DNA from: Terriglobales bacterium
GTDB taxonomy: Bacteria; Acidobacteriota; Terriglobia; Terriglobales; Acidobacteriaceae
Direction: 5' to 3'
DNA: 64,000 nucleotides
Assembly (NCBI GenBank): GCA_036513715.1
Contig: DATBYM010000071.1
Location: 12,630-76,629 of the forward strand
Each line of letters begins with the position of its first letter. The first letter of the stretch is position 1. A model generated the notes under the pieces. The model had not been told where the DNA came from. It ran no database searches and saw only the letters and a list, made by a program, of their open reading frames with translations. Both the position numbers and the translations under genes were made by a program. This document shows, piece by piece, positions 34,952-44,594 of the stretch.

Positions 34952-35821
34952 GTGTCTTCGATAACTCCCATAGAGCTTTCGAACAAGCCCGATTCGGCCG
35001 AGATCGGTACGGCACCGCACGAAGGACTGGTGCGCTCGACGGCGCGCTATATGTTGCGGACCGAAGTGCACACGTTCGCTTTCTCGGTCGCGGCCAATTC
35101 GATTCTGTCTTTCTTCCCGTTTCTGTTGTTGCTGATGACGTTGATCCGGTATGTCTTTCATTCGCGGGTAATGTACGCGATCATCGAAAATCTGCTGCGC
35201 GACTATATTCCGACGGGCCAGGAATTCGTGATCCGGAATCTGAATGCGCTGGTGATGGCGCATCGTCGGGCGCAGGTTTTCTCGCTGGCGATGCTGCTGG
35301 TGACTTCGACAGGAATATTTGTGCCGCTCGAAGTTGCGCTGAATCGCGTTTGGGGATTTCGTAACAATCGCTCGTACTTGCGAAATCAGTGGATCTCGCT
35401 GGGACTGGTGTTTGCCTGCGGGACGCTGGCGCTGGTGTCGGTGGGATTGACGGCCGGAAATGTGGCGATCGTGAAGACCGCGCTGCACGGTTATGGCGCC
35501 TGGTATATCACGCTGGTGGACTTTATCACCATGAAAGTTTTTTCGATCCTGTCGACGATTGCCATCTTTTTCCTCGTCTATTGGCTGTTGCCGAATGGCA
35601 AGGTGCCGGCTCGAGGAGTGCTGCCAGCGGCGGTGATTATGGGATTGCTGTCGGAGGCGCTGAAATACGCTTATGTCTTCGCCCTGCCCTGGCTCAATTT
35701 TGCGGAAGTGTATGGACCCTTCGCGATCTCGGTGAGCCTGATGTTCTGGTCATTCTTGTCGGGCATGCTGCTGCTGACGGGAGCGCATCTGTCGGCGCGG
35801 AAAATTCGGCTGAATTTGTGA
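34952..35821 (+). CDS. YihY/BrkB (virulence factor BrkB / RNase BN-like) family membrane protein
   Basis: ..FAFSVAANSILSFFPFLLLL.. and ..YGPFAISVSLMFWSFLSGMLLLTGAHLSA.. are motifs of the YihY family. Confidence 0.9.
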   Translation: MSSITPIELSNKPDSAEIGTAPHEGLVRSTARYMLRTEVHTFAFSVAANSILSFFPFLLLLMTLIRYVFHSRVMYAIIENLLRDYIPTGQEFVIRNLNALVMAHRRAQVFSLAMLLVTSTGIFVPLEVALNRVWGFRNNRSYLRNQWISLGLVFACGTLALVSVGLTAGNVAIVKTALHGYGAWYITLVDFITMKVFSILSTIAIFFLVYWLLPNGKVPARGVLPAAVIMGLLSEALKYAYVFALPWLNFAEVYGPFAISVSLMFWSFLSGMLLLTGAHLSARKIRLNL

Positions 35822-35890
35822 TTGGGAATTTGATTTGCGGTCGGCGATTTGATTTGCTTTTTTTGAATCGCAGATTACCGATTACAAGTT

Positions 35891-36412
35891 TCATAACTGC
35901 CATCTTGTAGCCGATTTTGGAAATGTCTTCTCGATGAATCCAAACATCTTCTTTGGACGCACGCCGAAGATTGGTTCTTTCATGCTGCGCGGATCCATCT
36001 TGTACTTCTTCTTGTAGGCAGCAGCAATGCGATCGAGCGCGGCCGCATCTTCGACTTCGGTGGCTTGCCCCTCGATGATTACCGCCTCTGCTCCGTCGTC
36101 GTTGGTAATTGTGCAGGCGGGATTGGCGGCGAGGTTTTGACCTTTGCGGGAGTGGCGCCCGGTAGAGAAGAAGAAAGCGTCGTCGAGCCACACTCCCCAT
36201 ACAGGCATGACGTGCGGGCGGCTGTGAGCAGCGTGGATCGAGGAGAGCCAGAAGGTACGGCAACTGTTCAATTTTCTTGCAACCCACGTCCAGGAGAGCA
36301 GGCCTTTCCCCTCGTTTGCACCTACGATGCCATAGCCGGGAGCGAAGGGGCGGTCGGCGCTGGGTTGCGGCTTCCGTGCCGTCTTCGGTCGTTTGGTTGG
36401 GTGGGGCTTCAT
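35891..36412 (-). CDS. Pyridoxamine 5'-phosphate oxidase-like FMN-binding family protein
   Basis: ..FWLSSIHAAHSRPHVMPVWGVWLDDAFFFSTGRHSRKGQNLAANP.. is the split-barrel pattern. Confidence 0.85.
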   Translation of the reverse strand: MKPHPTKRPKTARKPQPSADRPFAPGYGIVGANEGKGLLSWTWVARKLNSCRTFWLSSIHAAHSRPHVMPVWGVWLDDAFFFSTGRHSRKGQNLAANPACTITNDDGAEAVIIEGQATEVEDAAALDRIAAAYKKKYKMDPRSMKEPIFGVRPKKMFGFIEKTFPKSATRWQL

Positions 36413-36541
36413 GTAACCACCTCCTGGGATAACGGTGCAGACTGCATCGCGTCTTAGTCCAACTTACTTTTCGGCCTCGCCTCCAGATTCAACCAAGGGC
36501 CGGCTTTCGCGGGCGAGGGCGCCCGCGCCACACTTAGTTCT

Positions 36542-38527
36542 TCAGTTCTTCTTGAGTTCGTGCACGGCGCGATAGGCCTGATCGATGGCGCAATCGGTAT
36601 ACGCATAGGCGTCCGCGTCGGCGTTGGCGATCGCCAGGCGTCCGAAAGGTTTGCGCGCGATCTGACAGGGCGTCTCTCCGCCTTGCAGCCAGAACTTGTC
36701 GAAGAGCGAATTGTATTCGTAGGCGTAGCCGTGAGGCCAGCGGTTGACGGTGATCTCGAGAATGTCGCGAGCGGGATCGAATCCGCCGGGACCGAGCATG
36801 CGTGATAGCTGATCGCGAATGTTGCGCTCGTAAGTCTCAAAAGTCGTCTCGTAAAGCTGAATGCGGCCCACTCTGTGCTGATCACGCGCGGGTAATCCTG
36901 GCTCGCAGGCTGCTTTCATCATGTGTACGACGATCGGATCCTCGGGAGTTTTTGTGCACTCATAGCCGCCGATGCTGACCGGGATGTCGAGGTTCACGGC
37001 GGTGTGATACATGCCGGGCGCGTAGATGGTGCTGGCGGCGAGCTTCTGGAAGGCGGTCCAATTGCGCACGAGAACGTTGGTGTAGAGGAGCGGAACTTTC
37101 TGCGCCGAGGCTAGAGCTTCTTTTTGCGCCGCCGGCAACTCTTGCGCGATGTAGGGAATGACGACATGCCAGCAGGCCAGGATACAATTCGCAGCGCGCA
37201 CGGTCTGGAGCTTCTTATCCGCGAAGTAGGTGACTTCGACTTCCTGGGCACGTTCGGGCTTGCCGAGATGTTTCACTTTCACTACGGTGCTGTTGAGGCG
37301 GATGCGGGTCCCATAGGACGGCTCATCGAGCTTAGAGTAATCGGCTTTGGCGAGCACCACGCCGGTGGGCGAGTCTCCGGGAACCGCGGCGGGAATAAGC
37401 TTGCGCACGAGCAAGCGGGCGATCGAAGCGTTGCCGTCGGGAAAGTGAAAAAAGTATTTGTCGGCCTCGGCGTTGGGAATGGTATCGCGGTTCATACCTT
37501 TGCCGGGAGCAGGATCGAGATTGAGGCCGTCGAATCCCTTGTATCCAAGGCCCCATGCATCCTGCGCGGAAACGGCATCGATGCCTACGCCGAAGAGCGG
37601 GTGAGGTTGCGCCTGAAAAAGTTTGACGATTTCGTCGCTGACGCCAACGATTTCGGTCAGATACTTGGCGTAGCTTACACGGGCGAGTCGGGCTTTCTTT
37701 TCGTCGGAACTCAGGCCGGGCAGGTAGTCTTTGTTCTCAGTTAAGAGACGCTGAAAATCCTGTTTCGCCTTTTCGGAGAATGGAGCTTCTTTCAGAAAGG
37801 CGCGCAATTCGGCTTCGCCGCTGGCATCGTTGATGCCGCTCTCGTCGCTGGAGGTGCGAGCAGCATTGTCAACCAGGCGATCGATGCCGAATGTTTCTTT
37901 GTCGAAAAAGACCCTGGGCTTGAGGCCGAGCGAACGGTAGAGACCGCTGCTCACGTACTTGTGATAGGACGGCACATCGATCCCGAGTTCGGCGATGAGG
38001 GCTTTCGCAACGGCGCTGTACGGTGCGGGGCTCTCGATGGAGTACGTGCCGCCGTAGCCGAGCCAAGTGCGGTTGCCGGCGCGAAATTCGTTGCGCTTGG
38101 CGTGGCCGCCGAAGTCGTCATGGTTTTCGAGAATCAGGACGCGGGCGCCGTCGCCGGCAACCTTGCGAAAGAAGTGGGCTGCGGCGAGTCCGCTGATGCC
38201 GCCGCCAACGATTACCAAGTCGTAAGATTCGCCGGTATCGATGGGCCTCGGTGCGTGGTTCCAGAAATCGCCGTCGCGGACGCTGTGCATGGTTTCGAAG
38301 GAACCGGGATGAGATCCGCGGAGACCGGTCTTGGCGGGTGGGTAGTATCCGGGAACGTCTTGGGCTTGGAGGTCGGAAGCGATTGCGGCCCACATTTCCG
38401 GCGGAATAGTCGCGGCACCCACGGTGAGCGCGACGCCGTTAAGAAAATCGCGGCGAGTGATGCGCGCGTCCATCCCCAGTTCTCGATCCCGTTTTTTCGA
38501 TTGTAAAGAAGGATTCTCGTCTGACAC
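36542..38527 (-). CDS. Tat-exported FAD-dependent oxidoreductase (amine oxidase / spermidine dehydrogenase-like)
   Basis: Twin-arginine signal ..RITRRDFLNGVALTVGAA.. Dinucleotide fold ..YDLVIVGGGISGLAAAHFF.. 661 aa. Confidence 0.85.
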   Translation of the reverse strand: MSDENPSLQSKKRDRELGMDARITRRDFLNGVALTVGAATIPPEMWAAIASDLQAQDVPGYYPPAKTGLRGSHPGSFETMHSVRDGDFWNHAPRPIDTGESYDLVIVGGGISGLAAAHFFRKVAGDGARVLILENHDDFGGHAKRNEFRAGNRTWLGYGGTYSIESPAPYSAVAKALIAELGIDVPSYHKYVSSGLYRSLGLKPRVFFDKETFGIDRLVDNAARTSSDESGINDASGEAELRAFLKEAPFSEKAKQDFQRLLTENKDYLPGLSSDEKKARLARVSYAKYLTEIVGVSDEIVKLFQAQPHPLFGVGIDAVSAQDAWGLGYKGFDGLNLDPAPGKGMNRDTIPNAEADKYFFHFPDGNASIARLLVRKLIPAAVPGDSPTGVVLAKADYSKLDEPSYGTRIRLNSTVVKVKHLGKPERAQEVEVTYFADKKLQTVRAANCILACWHVVIPYIAQELPAAQKEALASAQKVPLLYTNVLVRNWTAFQKLAASTIYAPGMYHTAVNLDIPVSIGGYECTKTPEDPIVVHMMKAACEPGLPARDQHRVGRIQLYETTFETYERNIRDQLSRMLGPGGFDPARDILEITVNRWPHGYAYEYNSLFDKFWLQGGETPCQIARKPFGRLAIANADADAYAYTDCAIDQAYRAVHELKKN

Positions 38528-38736
38528 AGAGCCCTCTGGCGAAGGCAGTTTACCATTCTGCGGACACTATCGTGGGCCGCTAGTGCTGGTGAAGTGCGTC
38601 GAAGATGATGATCGTTGTGATGCGGCTCGATGCGGCGCAAGTTCTGGCGTCCGAGGAAGAACCCCAGGGCTTTCACCGCAGGGGGCACAGGGGACAACCG
38701 ACGATTGGTGAATGTCGATCTGTTTAACGCACTGGG

Positions 38737-39954
38737 CTAATCGCCCGGCGAATCGCCACTCAGGCGATCGTTTCCGCGCAGGCTGGCCGTCTCGAGGCCG
38801 GATTGCGCCGCGGCTTCGAGCACTTCATTCCAAAACGAAGTATTGGGATCGACGGCGGCGACTCCGATTTGACCAGCCGCTGGAGTTTCATCTGCGCCGA
38901 CCCAGGCGACGCTAAATTGTTCTCGCTTTTGTCCGCGAGTAAGGGTAACAATAGCGCCTTGGCCGAGCAGTCCGTGAACGCCATCGAGGAGCGCTCCGCG
39001 GCGGCTTATATTGATGGTCATCACTCTTTGATCCAACGGACGACCTCGGACGTCGGTGCCAGTGAGCAAGACAGGCAACGCGATATCGAGGCGTGGATCG
39101 CGGCGCTTGCCGAGTCTCTGGGCGCGCAGATCGTTGAGAAATTGCTCGGAGGTCAGCGCCGCGCCTTTGCGAATCAATTCCAGGAGCGGGTCGGGTAACT
39201 CAGCGTCGGCCGCTGCATCGGACGCGGCGGCCGGGATCTCTTTCTGAGCTTCTTTTGTATTTTCCTTGCGTCCTACGAAAATCTTGGGGACTTCGCGACT
39301 GCTCATCAGTTGGCGGATGAGCTCTTCGACTCGTGCCCGTTGATCGCTTGCGGACGGAGCGGCGAATTCGACACCCATGCCGGCTTGCGGATGTGAGACA
39401 CGCGCCACTCCGTCGAGTAGAAACTCTGCGTCGAGGATGCGAACGCTTATCAAAACGGGAGTGTCGGCAGGGAAGGGTGCAGCGGTCTCCAGGTAGCAAC
39501 CGCCGACACTGATATCGGTCAGGCGCCAACGGCGTGGAGGAGCGGGCTTTGTGGACGCGCTCGGAGCTGGCTGTGGGCTTTGCAGCGCTGACGCCTCTTC
39601 AATCCTCTCCTCGATTTTCCAATCCGAGGGCGCGTATTCGATTCCCCAGAAATTGCCGGGGATATCAAGTTCGAGGCCGACCAGCCAGGTCTCGGGATCA
39701 CCGCCGAGTGGCACCACTTCGGCAACCCGGGCGGTGGTGTGCCGTTGCGCCGAAACGATTTCAAGGCGGACGTGAATGCCATGCCCGAATTCGCAGGGAG
39801 CGATCAGGCCGCATCCGTGGGCGTTGACTAGAGTGGTATTGCACTGCTCGGAAAATGGCTGGGTGGGGTCGAGACTGGTTACGCGCACGGGAATTTCCAG
39901 CGGCAAGCGGGTGCTGCGCCGGATCGCGTGCTGTGCTGTTTCCGAAGGGCCCAT
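38737..39954 (-). CDS. Protein with three PilZ-like domains (putative c-di-GMP receptor)
   Basis: Three RxxxR..(D/N)xSxxG-type units: RRSTRLPLEIPV..TTLVNAHGCG, RRWRLTDISVGGCYL, and KRRDPRLDIALP..TINISRRGALL. Confidence 0.75.
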   Translation of the reverse strand: MGPSETAQHAIRRSTRLPLEIPVRVTSLDPTQPFSEQCNTTLVNAHGCGLIAPCEFGHGIHVRLEIVSAQRHTTARVAEVVPLGGDPETWLVGLELDIPGNFWGIEYAPSDWKIEERIEEASALQSPQPAPSASTKPAPPRRWRLTDISVGGCYLETAAPFPADTPVLISVRILDAEFLLDGVARVSHPQAGMGVEFAAPSASDQRARVEELIRQLMSSREVPKIFVGRKENTKEAQKEIPAAASDAAADAELPDPLLELIRKGAALTSEQFLNDLRAQRLGKRRDPRLDIALPVLLTGTDVRGRPLDQRVMTINISRRGALLDGVHGLLGQGAIVTLTRGQKREQFSVAWVGADETPAAGQIGVAAVDPNTSFWNEVLEAAAQSGLETASLRGNDRLSGDSPGD

Positions 39955-40261
39955 AGAATTAGCTGAAACGAGAGGAAAGCAGGGGCCAGTGGTTTCTGCA
40001 ATTGCGCATTCATTATGCTAGATCACAAGAAAGATGGGGGCACGCATTTTCGTCGACCCGGTTTCCAGTTAGACACTAGTACGGCCTGCGTGGCGACCGG
40101 CGGCGGAAAAAGTCGTTAGCCAGCAGAGAGGGGCAACCGCGGCGCCTAAGGCGCAGCCAAGATCATGCTGCGATCGCAGCGGCGAAGCGCGGCGCGACCC
40201 AAAAACCGCCAGCCAAAAAAACAAAGACAAAATCGAGTTTTCCCGCAGGCTGGGGACACCG

Positions 40262-40299
40262 GTAGCGCCGGCAACTTGCCGGCTGTCCCGAGGGCATCT
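40262..40299. repeat. REP-like composite hairpin (GGGACA..GCCGGCAA-C-TTGCCGGC..TGTCCC)
   Basis: Nested perfect inverted repeats, read directly. Located in the intergenic region. Confidence 0.5.
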
Positions 40300-40352
40300 C
40301 GCTCTCGGCGCGGCGGTGCTGCTGTTAAGGGCGCCAAACGCTTCCGACTAGG

Positions 40353-41570
40353 CTACTTGCCGACATACGTGCGGGCGGTGCCGATACCGGCGCACAAATC
40401 CCAGCCGATCATGCATTGCGAAGCGCCTTGGGTGATGTCGTAGAAATCGGCTGCGTATTCGGTCTGATTGGCTAATTCGTCATACATCATGGTCAGCTCG
40501 GCAGCGGTCGTCTTCTGCTTGCTGGCGGCGGCGTTGACGATGCCGGCGAAGGTGGGCGATGCCCAACTTGTGCCTCCTACGGAATACCAACTGCCCTGGA
40601 GGAAAATCGGTGCGCAGCAGAAATCGGAGGCGACATCGGGATAGCCGCGCTGGCTGCCGACGATGCTGGAAATGCCGTTCTGATAGGCTGGGCGCGGCTC
40701 GTAGGGGCTGAGATCGCCGCCTCCTCCGCCATAGATCTCTTCAACAAAATCGCCTTTGCTGTTGCGATCGAAACGCGTGCCTCCCACTGAGACTACGTTG
40801 GGAGACGAACCTGGATAGATGCTGACGCCGATGCCGGAATCGCCGGAAGCGGCGAAGTAGACGACACCTTTATGCTTGAAATATTTGTCCCAGGTTGTTT
40901 CCTCGGCAACTTCCGGATCGCCCCAGCTCATGCTGATGACGCCACCGCCATTTTCGGCGACGAGTTTCGATCCGAGTTGCACGGCCGCCCAGGTTGGGTC
41001 GGTCGCGCACTGTTGGGCCACGCAGAGCACTGATTCGACCAAGAACAGCTTGGCCTGGGGCGCCATGGAGTGGGCCCATTCGATATCTAATGCCTCTTCC
41101 ACTTGCCAATCTGAATATTGTGGGGGCTCTTTCTTGCCGACCCAGGTTACTGTAAAATCCGCGGCCGGTATGCCGTAGTAGGCATCGAAGGCGGCGAGAT
41201 CAGAGGCTGCGGTCGGATAGCTGCCGGCGTCGATGATGGCGATTGCGCCCCAGCCGCCAGTCGGGACGGCCGTGCTGGTGGCAACGGGGCAGCCGGCCGG
41301 TCCGGCAACTAACTGGTAGACGCAGGCCAGGGATCCGGGCGTTTCCACGCCTCCGGGAGGGTTGTTTTGGGGTTGGTCAGAGTCGACGAAGAAATAATTC
41401 GTATGATGGCGGCCGGGCCGCGGAATGCTGGAAGCGGGGATGATGATTTTGTGTCCGTTGAAAACGCCCTCGGTGCGGGCCTGGGCAAAGGCCGATGAGG
41501 AGGAGAAACCTAGTGCGAGGGCGACCATGCCGAGGACGAGCATCATTCTCACTGCAAAACAACGTTTCAT
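40353..41570 (-). CDS. S53 (sedolisin/kumamolisin-like) family serine peptidase, secreted
   Basis: ..AIAIIDAGSYPTAASDLAAFDAYYGIP.., ..EEALDIEWAHSMAP.., ..ISMSWG.., ..FAASGDSG.., ..GGTSWASPTFAG.. I chose ATG 41570 (AAGGAG upstream), which gives signal peptide MKRCFAVRMMLVLGMVALALGFSSSSAFA. Confidence 0.85.
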   Translation of the reverse strand: MKRCFAVRMMLVLGMVALALGFSSSSAFAQARTEGVFNGHKIIIPASSIPRPGRHHTNYFFVDSDQPQNNPPGGVETPGSLACVYQLVAGPAGCPVATSTAVPTGGWGAIAIIDAGSYPTAASDLAAFDAYYGIPAADFTVTWVGKKEPPQYSDWQVEEALDIEWAHSMAPQAKLFLVESVLCVAQQCATDPTWAAVQLGSKLVAENGGGVISMSWGDPEVAEETTWDKYFKHKGVVYFAASGDSGIGVSIYPGSSPNVVSVGGTRFDRNSKGDFVEEIYGGGGGDLSPYEPRPAYQNGISSIVGSQRGYPDVASDFCCAPIFLQGSWYSVGGTSWASPTFAGIVNAAASKQKTTAAELTMMYDELANQTEYAADFYDITQGASQCMIGWDLCAGIGTARTYVGK

Positions 41571-41950
41571 TCGCTGGCTCCTTTTGCGCCGTCGGTAATG
41601 ATGCCGGTTGCAGCGCGCAAAAGCAAGCTGGAAACGGCAGGAGTGGGGCGTGCGCAACGATTTTCACAATAATCGAAACGAGACGATGCTTCGTTCCGCG
41701 AAGAGCGTGCCGCAGGCGCTAAAACGCGGACACATTTCAACGGAATCGTGGCATGCGCAGAACTCGTCCCCTTCGCCAAGCTTGATTGAGCTCGAAGGTT
41801 GTTGTGCTGCACATATGGCGCGGCTGAATCAATTGCTGAAAAACTCATGCCATGCGCGGCAGTTACCCTCAGCCGCTGAAGCCGTCATTGAAAACGGTCT
41901 TTTATCGCAGCGGTGAACCGCCGCGCGCCACCCAAAAGCAGGATGAGATT

Positions 41951-42316
41951 CTAGTGGCTGCTTTGGGCTGATTTCAGGTCTTTGCGGATCAAGGCGAAGT
42001 CGAGCAAGAAGCCGAGACCGGCGGCAAAGGGCACGATGCCGAAGGCGACAGCTTTCCAGACATCGGGATCCTCGCGCGCGATCAGCGACATCGTGACGAT
42101 GTAGCCTAGAGAAATCGCGGCTAAGAGAATTCCCCAGCGGCGGGAATGGGCAGCCTCGGAAAGATCCGGCTCCATGGCAACGTTAGCACCGCGCGCGATG
42201 GCGGCTAGACGTTCCTCGGTCCGCAGCTTGCGGACGCGGTAGTAGGTGTACATGGCCGCAAGCGGAATTCCAAAAAACAGCGTGACCGCGACTAAACCGA
42301 CAAAGTTTCCGTCCAT
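41951..42316 (-). CDS. Small membrane protein (121 aa, 3 TM), hypothetical
   Basis: Three hydrophobic helices separated by a charged loop (RVRKLRTEERLAAIARG). Confidence 0.6.
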   Translation of the reverse strand: MDGNFVGLVAVTLFFGIPLAAMYTYYRVRKLRTEERLAAIARGANVAMEPDLSEAAHSRRWGILLAAISLGYIVTMSLIAREDPDVWKAVAFGIVPFAAGLGFLLDFALIRKDLKSAQSSH

Positions 42317-42524
42317 ACTGAGCTCCTTTTATGGGCGTCGTCTGGCGCCCTGTTTCGTCTGGGCTTAGATACGGAGGCTGGTTCATGGAAGTTCCGTGGG
42401 TTGGAACTTCCCTATCGCGCTTCGATCGGACGCGGGGACGGCCATTACTATCTGGACATTCTTGCTGCGCGCTAAGAGCAGCGGACAGGAGGGTCCGCTC
42501 CACACCAACTGCTCCACACGATTG

Positions 42525-43094
42525 CTAAAACTTCGGTAAGAGGAAACCCGTGTGTCGGCGGTGCTCCAGAAAAGCTTCGCCAAACTGCTGGGAGAGTATG
42601 GATTCTTCTTTTCTGGCTTTGATCGAATAGCCGAGGATGATGAAGACGACTCCGGCGACGCAGCGCCAGCGATCAATCGCCAAGGCTCCGCCGATGGCGG
42701 CCAGATCGAGTCCTGAATAAATGGGATGCCGGAAATATGCGTAGGGGCCAGTGCGGATGAGTTGGTGATCTTCTTTGAGAGTGATTCGGGCGCTCCAATA
42801 TTGTCCGAGATGCCAGCGAGCCCATAGGGCGAGGGCAATGCCGATCCATGTGAGGGCCACGCCACCCAAGGAAAGAGCGTAGGTGCGCGGGAAAATTTGC
42901 TGGCCGAGAACGCCGATCCCCGCTGTCCCGCTGAAAAGCAGTACAAAGCCCACAACTTCCAACAGGAGAATACCGGAACGCAAGGTGAAAGATTCGCGGC
43001 TGATTGTGCGGCGCGTCTTCAGCGCACTCGCCGCCCAATAGACGACGAAGACGATCCAGGGAATCTCAACGAGCAGTGGCCACGGCGTCGTCAT
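42525..43094 (-). CDS. ICMT/PEMT-like membrane methyltransferase (second paralogue in the window)
   Basis: ..LIRTGPYAYFRHPIYSGLDLAAIG..KARKEESILSQQFGEAFLEHRRHT.. I chose ATG 43094; the tracked ORF extends to 43148. Confidence 0.85.
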   Translation of the reverse strand: MTTPWPLLVEIPWIVFVVYWAASALKTRRTISRESFTLRSGILLLEVVGFVLLFSGTAGIGVLGQQIFPRTYALSLGGVALTWIGIALALWARWHLGQYWSARITLKEDHQLIRTGPYAYFRHPIYSGLDLAAIGGALAIDRWRCVAGVVFIILGYSIKARKEESILSQQFGEAFLEHRRHTGFLLPKF

Positions 43095-43194
43095 CGACTT
43101 GGCAGAAATTATACTTGGCGAATGTTTCGCGGTGCGAACGGGAACCACTCGGGGCCGAGCGTAACCTGAGCGATGCGTCTTTATTGAGAGTGGG

Positions 43195-44184
43195 CTAGGC
43201 AGCTACCGGGCGGAGCCTTCTTCTATAACGCCAGGCGGTCAACGCCAGGCCGGAACCTAGCAGAAGCATGGTCGAGGGCTCGGGGGTTACGCGTCTTGGG
43301 GGCTTGTGATGGCAGACTCCCTTTTTGTCTACTTCGCCTACAGGACAACCGCCGAAAACGGGCGCACCGAAGGGAACATAAGGGAAGATGAATCCTCCGC
43401 TAAAGGTCTGAGGAGGAGTGGGCGAACCGGCGGGCAATTCGGGAGCGGCTAGAACAGGGCGTGGGGTGAGTGAAGGCGCCGCGGCGACGGCCAACACGGG
43501 CTCGTCCAGCACGTCGACATCGGGCTCTTCGTTAGAGACCTCGGGCTGGATGGTATCGGAAACCTGGTTGCCGCAGCGAGCGCGGGCGGTGATTTTGCCG
43601 TCGGTGAGCAGCAGTTCGCCGGGATGCAAGCGAACTTTGCGACGCGTCCAGTAGACGGCATCACGAATGCGATATGACAGATAAACTTCGCGGGCTTCAG
43701 TGGCGCGCAGCAGGCGGGCGTGAGTGAAATCGAAGCGGGCGAAGTGGCGGCGAACAACGTAATCGCGCAGCGCGGCATAGCGAAGATCTTCGGAATCTTT
43801 GACGCCTCCGGGGATGACTGAATAGGGATAGACGTTCGCGATGCGCGAGAAGCTTTTCTGGGGCTTGGACTGTCCGGCAAGCAACGCAAGATTGTTATGG
43901 ACGTTTCCCCGGGTCCAGAGAGAGCTGGGCACGAGTTGGGATTGATGCCGCGAGAGTTCGGAGAAATAGGACGGGGCGAACTGCCAGCAGGCGCCTGCGA
44001 GCACGGTGCCGACAACCACCGCGACCAGGACGCGCTGCATTCGCAGGCGACGGCGATACCAGGTGCGCCTCCTCCGCGGACGTTTGCCGGTCGCGGCAGG
44101 GGTCGAAATCGGATCGATCAAGACTGGATCGTCTGACGCTGAGCCGTTCGACGCTTGGCAGTTAAAGACAGGGTCGTTCAACAA
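43195..44184 (-). CDS. PEP-CTERM-tailed protein with an N-terminal membrane anchor and a conserved central domain of unknown function
   Basis: The C-terminus ..VTPEPSTMLLLGSGLALTAWRYRRR.. is a PEP-CTERM sorting signal. N-terminal TM is RVLVAVVVGTVLAGACWQF. The central domain is ..VYPYSVIPGGVKDSEDL..YLSYRIRDAVYWTRRKVRLHPGELLLTDG..RARCGNQVS.. Confidence 0.8.
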   Translation of the reverse strand: MLNDPVFNCQASNGSASDDPVLIDPISTPAATGKRPRRRRTWYRRRLRMQRVLVAVVVGTVLAGACWQFAPSYFSELSRHQSQLVPSSLWTRGNVHNNLALLAGQSKPQKSFSRIANVYPYSVIPGGVKDSEDLRYAALRDYVVRRHFARFDFTHARLLRATEAREVYLSYRIRDAVYWTRRKVRLHPGELLLTDGKITARARCGNQVSDTIQPEVSNEEPDVDVLDEPVLAVAAAPSLTPRPVLAAPELPAGSPTPPQTFSGGFIFPYVPFGAPVFGGCPVGEVDKKGVCHHKPPRRVTPEPSTMLLLGSGLALTAWRYRRRLRPVAA

Positions 44185-44594
44185 ACACTCCTACGGGGCC
44201 GTGCGGCACAGCGCCGCAGAGGGAGAGCCAACTTTATAGAGCACTCCTGCAACCAAAACCGCGGCTGGGAGCCGGCTCGGATACAGGAACTTAGGGTATA
44301 CGAAGGAACATCTTAGCAGGGTTGTGCAAGGAATTTCACTCCAAAACGATACTGTGGAAGCCGCACCTCCCTATTTGGGGAAAATACTTTGTGCGGGGCA
44401 TTTGCGCCACTCCACTTCCGTGGGGGTCGCGGCTTTGCAACGTGGCTTCAGCGGCCGAAGCCAAAGGTGACGCTGGCGCTGGCGTAGGAGGGAATGCGAA
44501 CTCCGACGACGGCCGCTCCGAAACATGGGCGGACCGACTTCGATTAGCAGCGCTGGCGGTAACCCGAGGAAGCAGCACGCAAACACCACCTAAA

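Noticed and set aside
34721-35488. 255-aa minus-strand ORF (His/Gln/Arg-rich)
   Set aside because: It is antisense to the YihY/BrkB gene and extends into the csp leader. Its composition is not protein-like.
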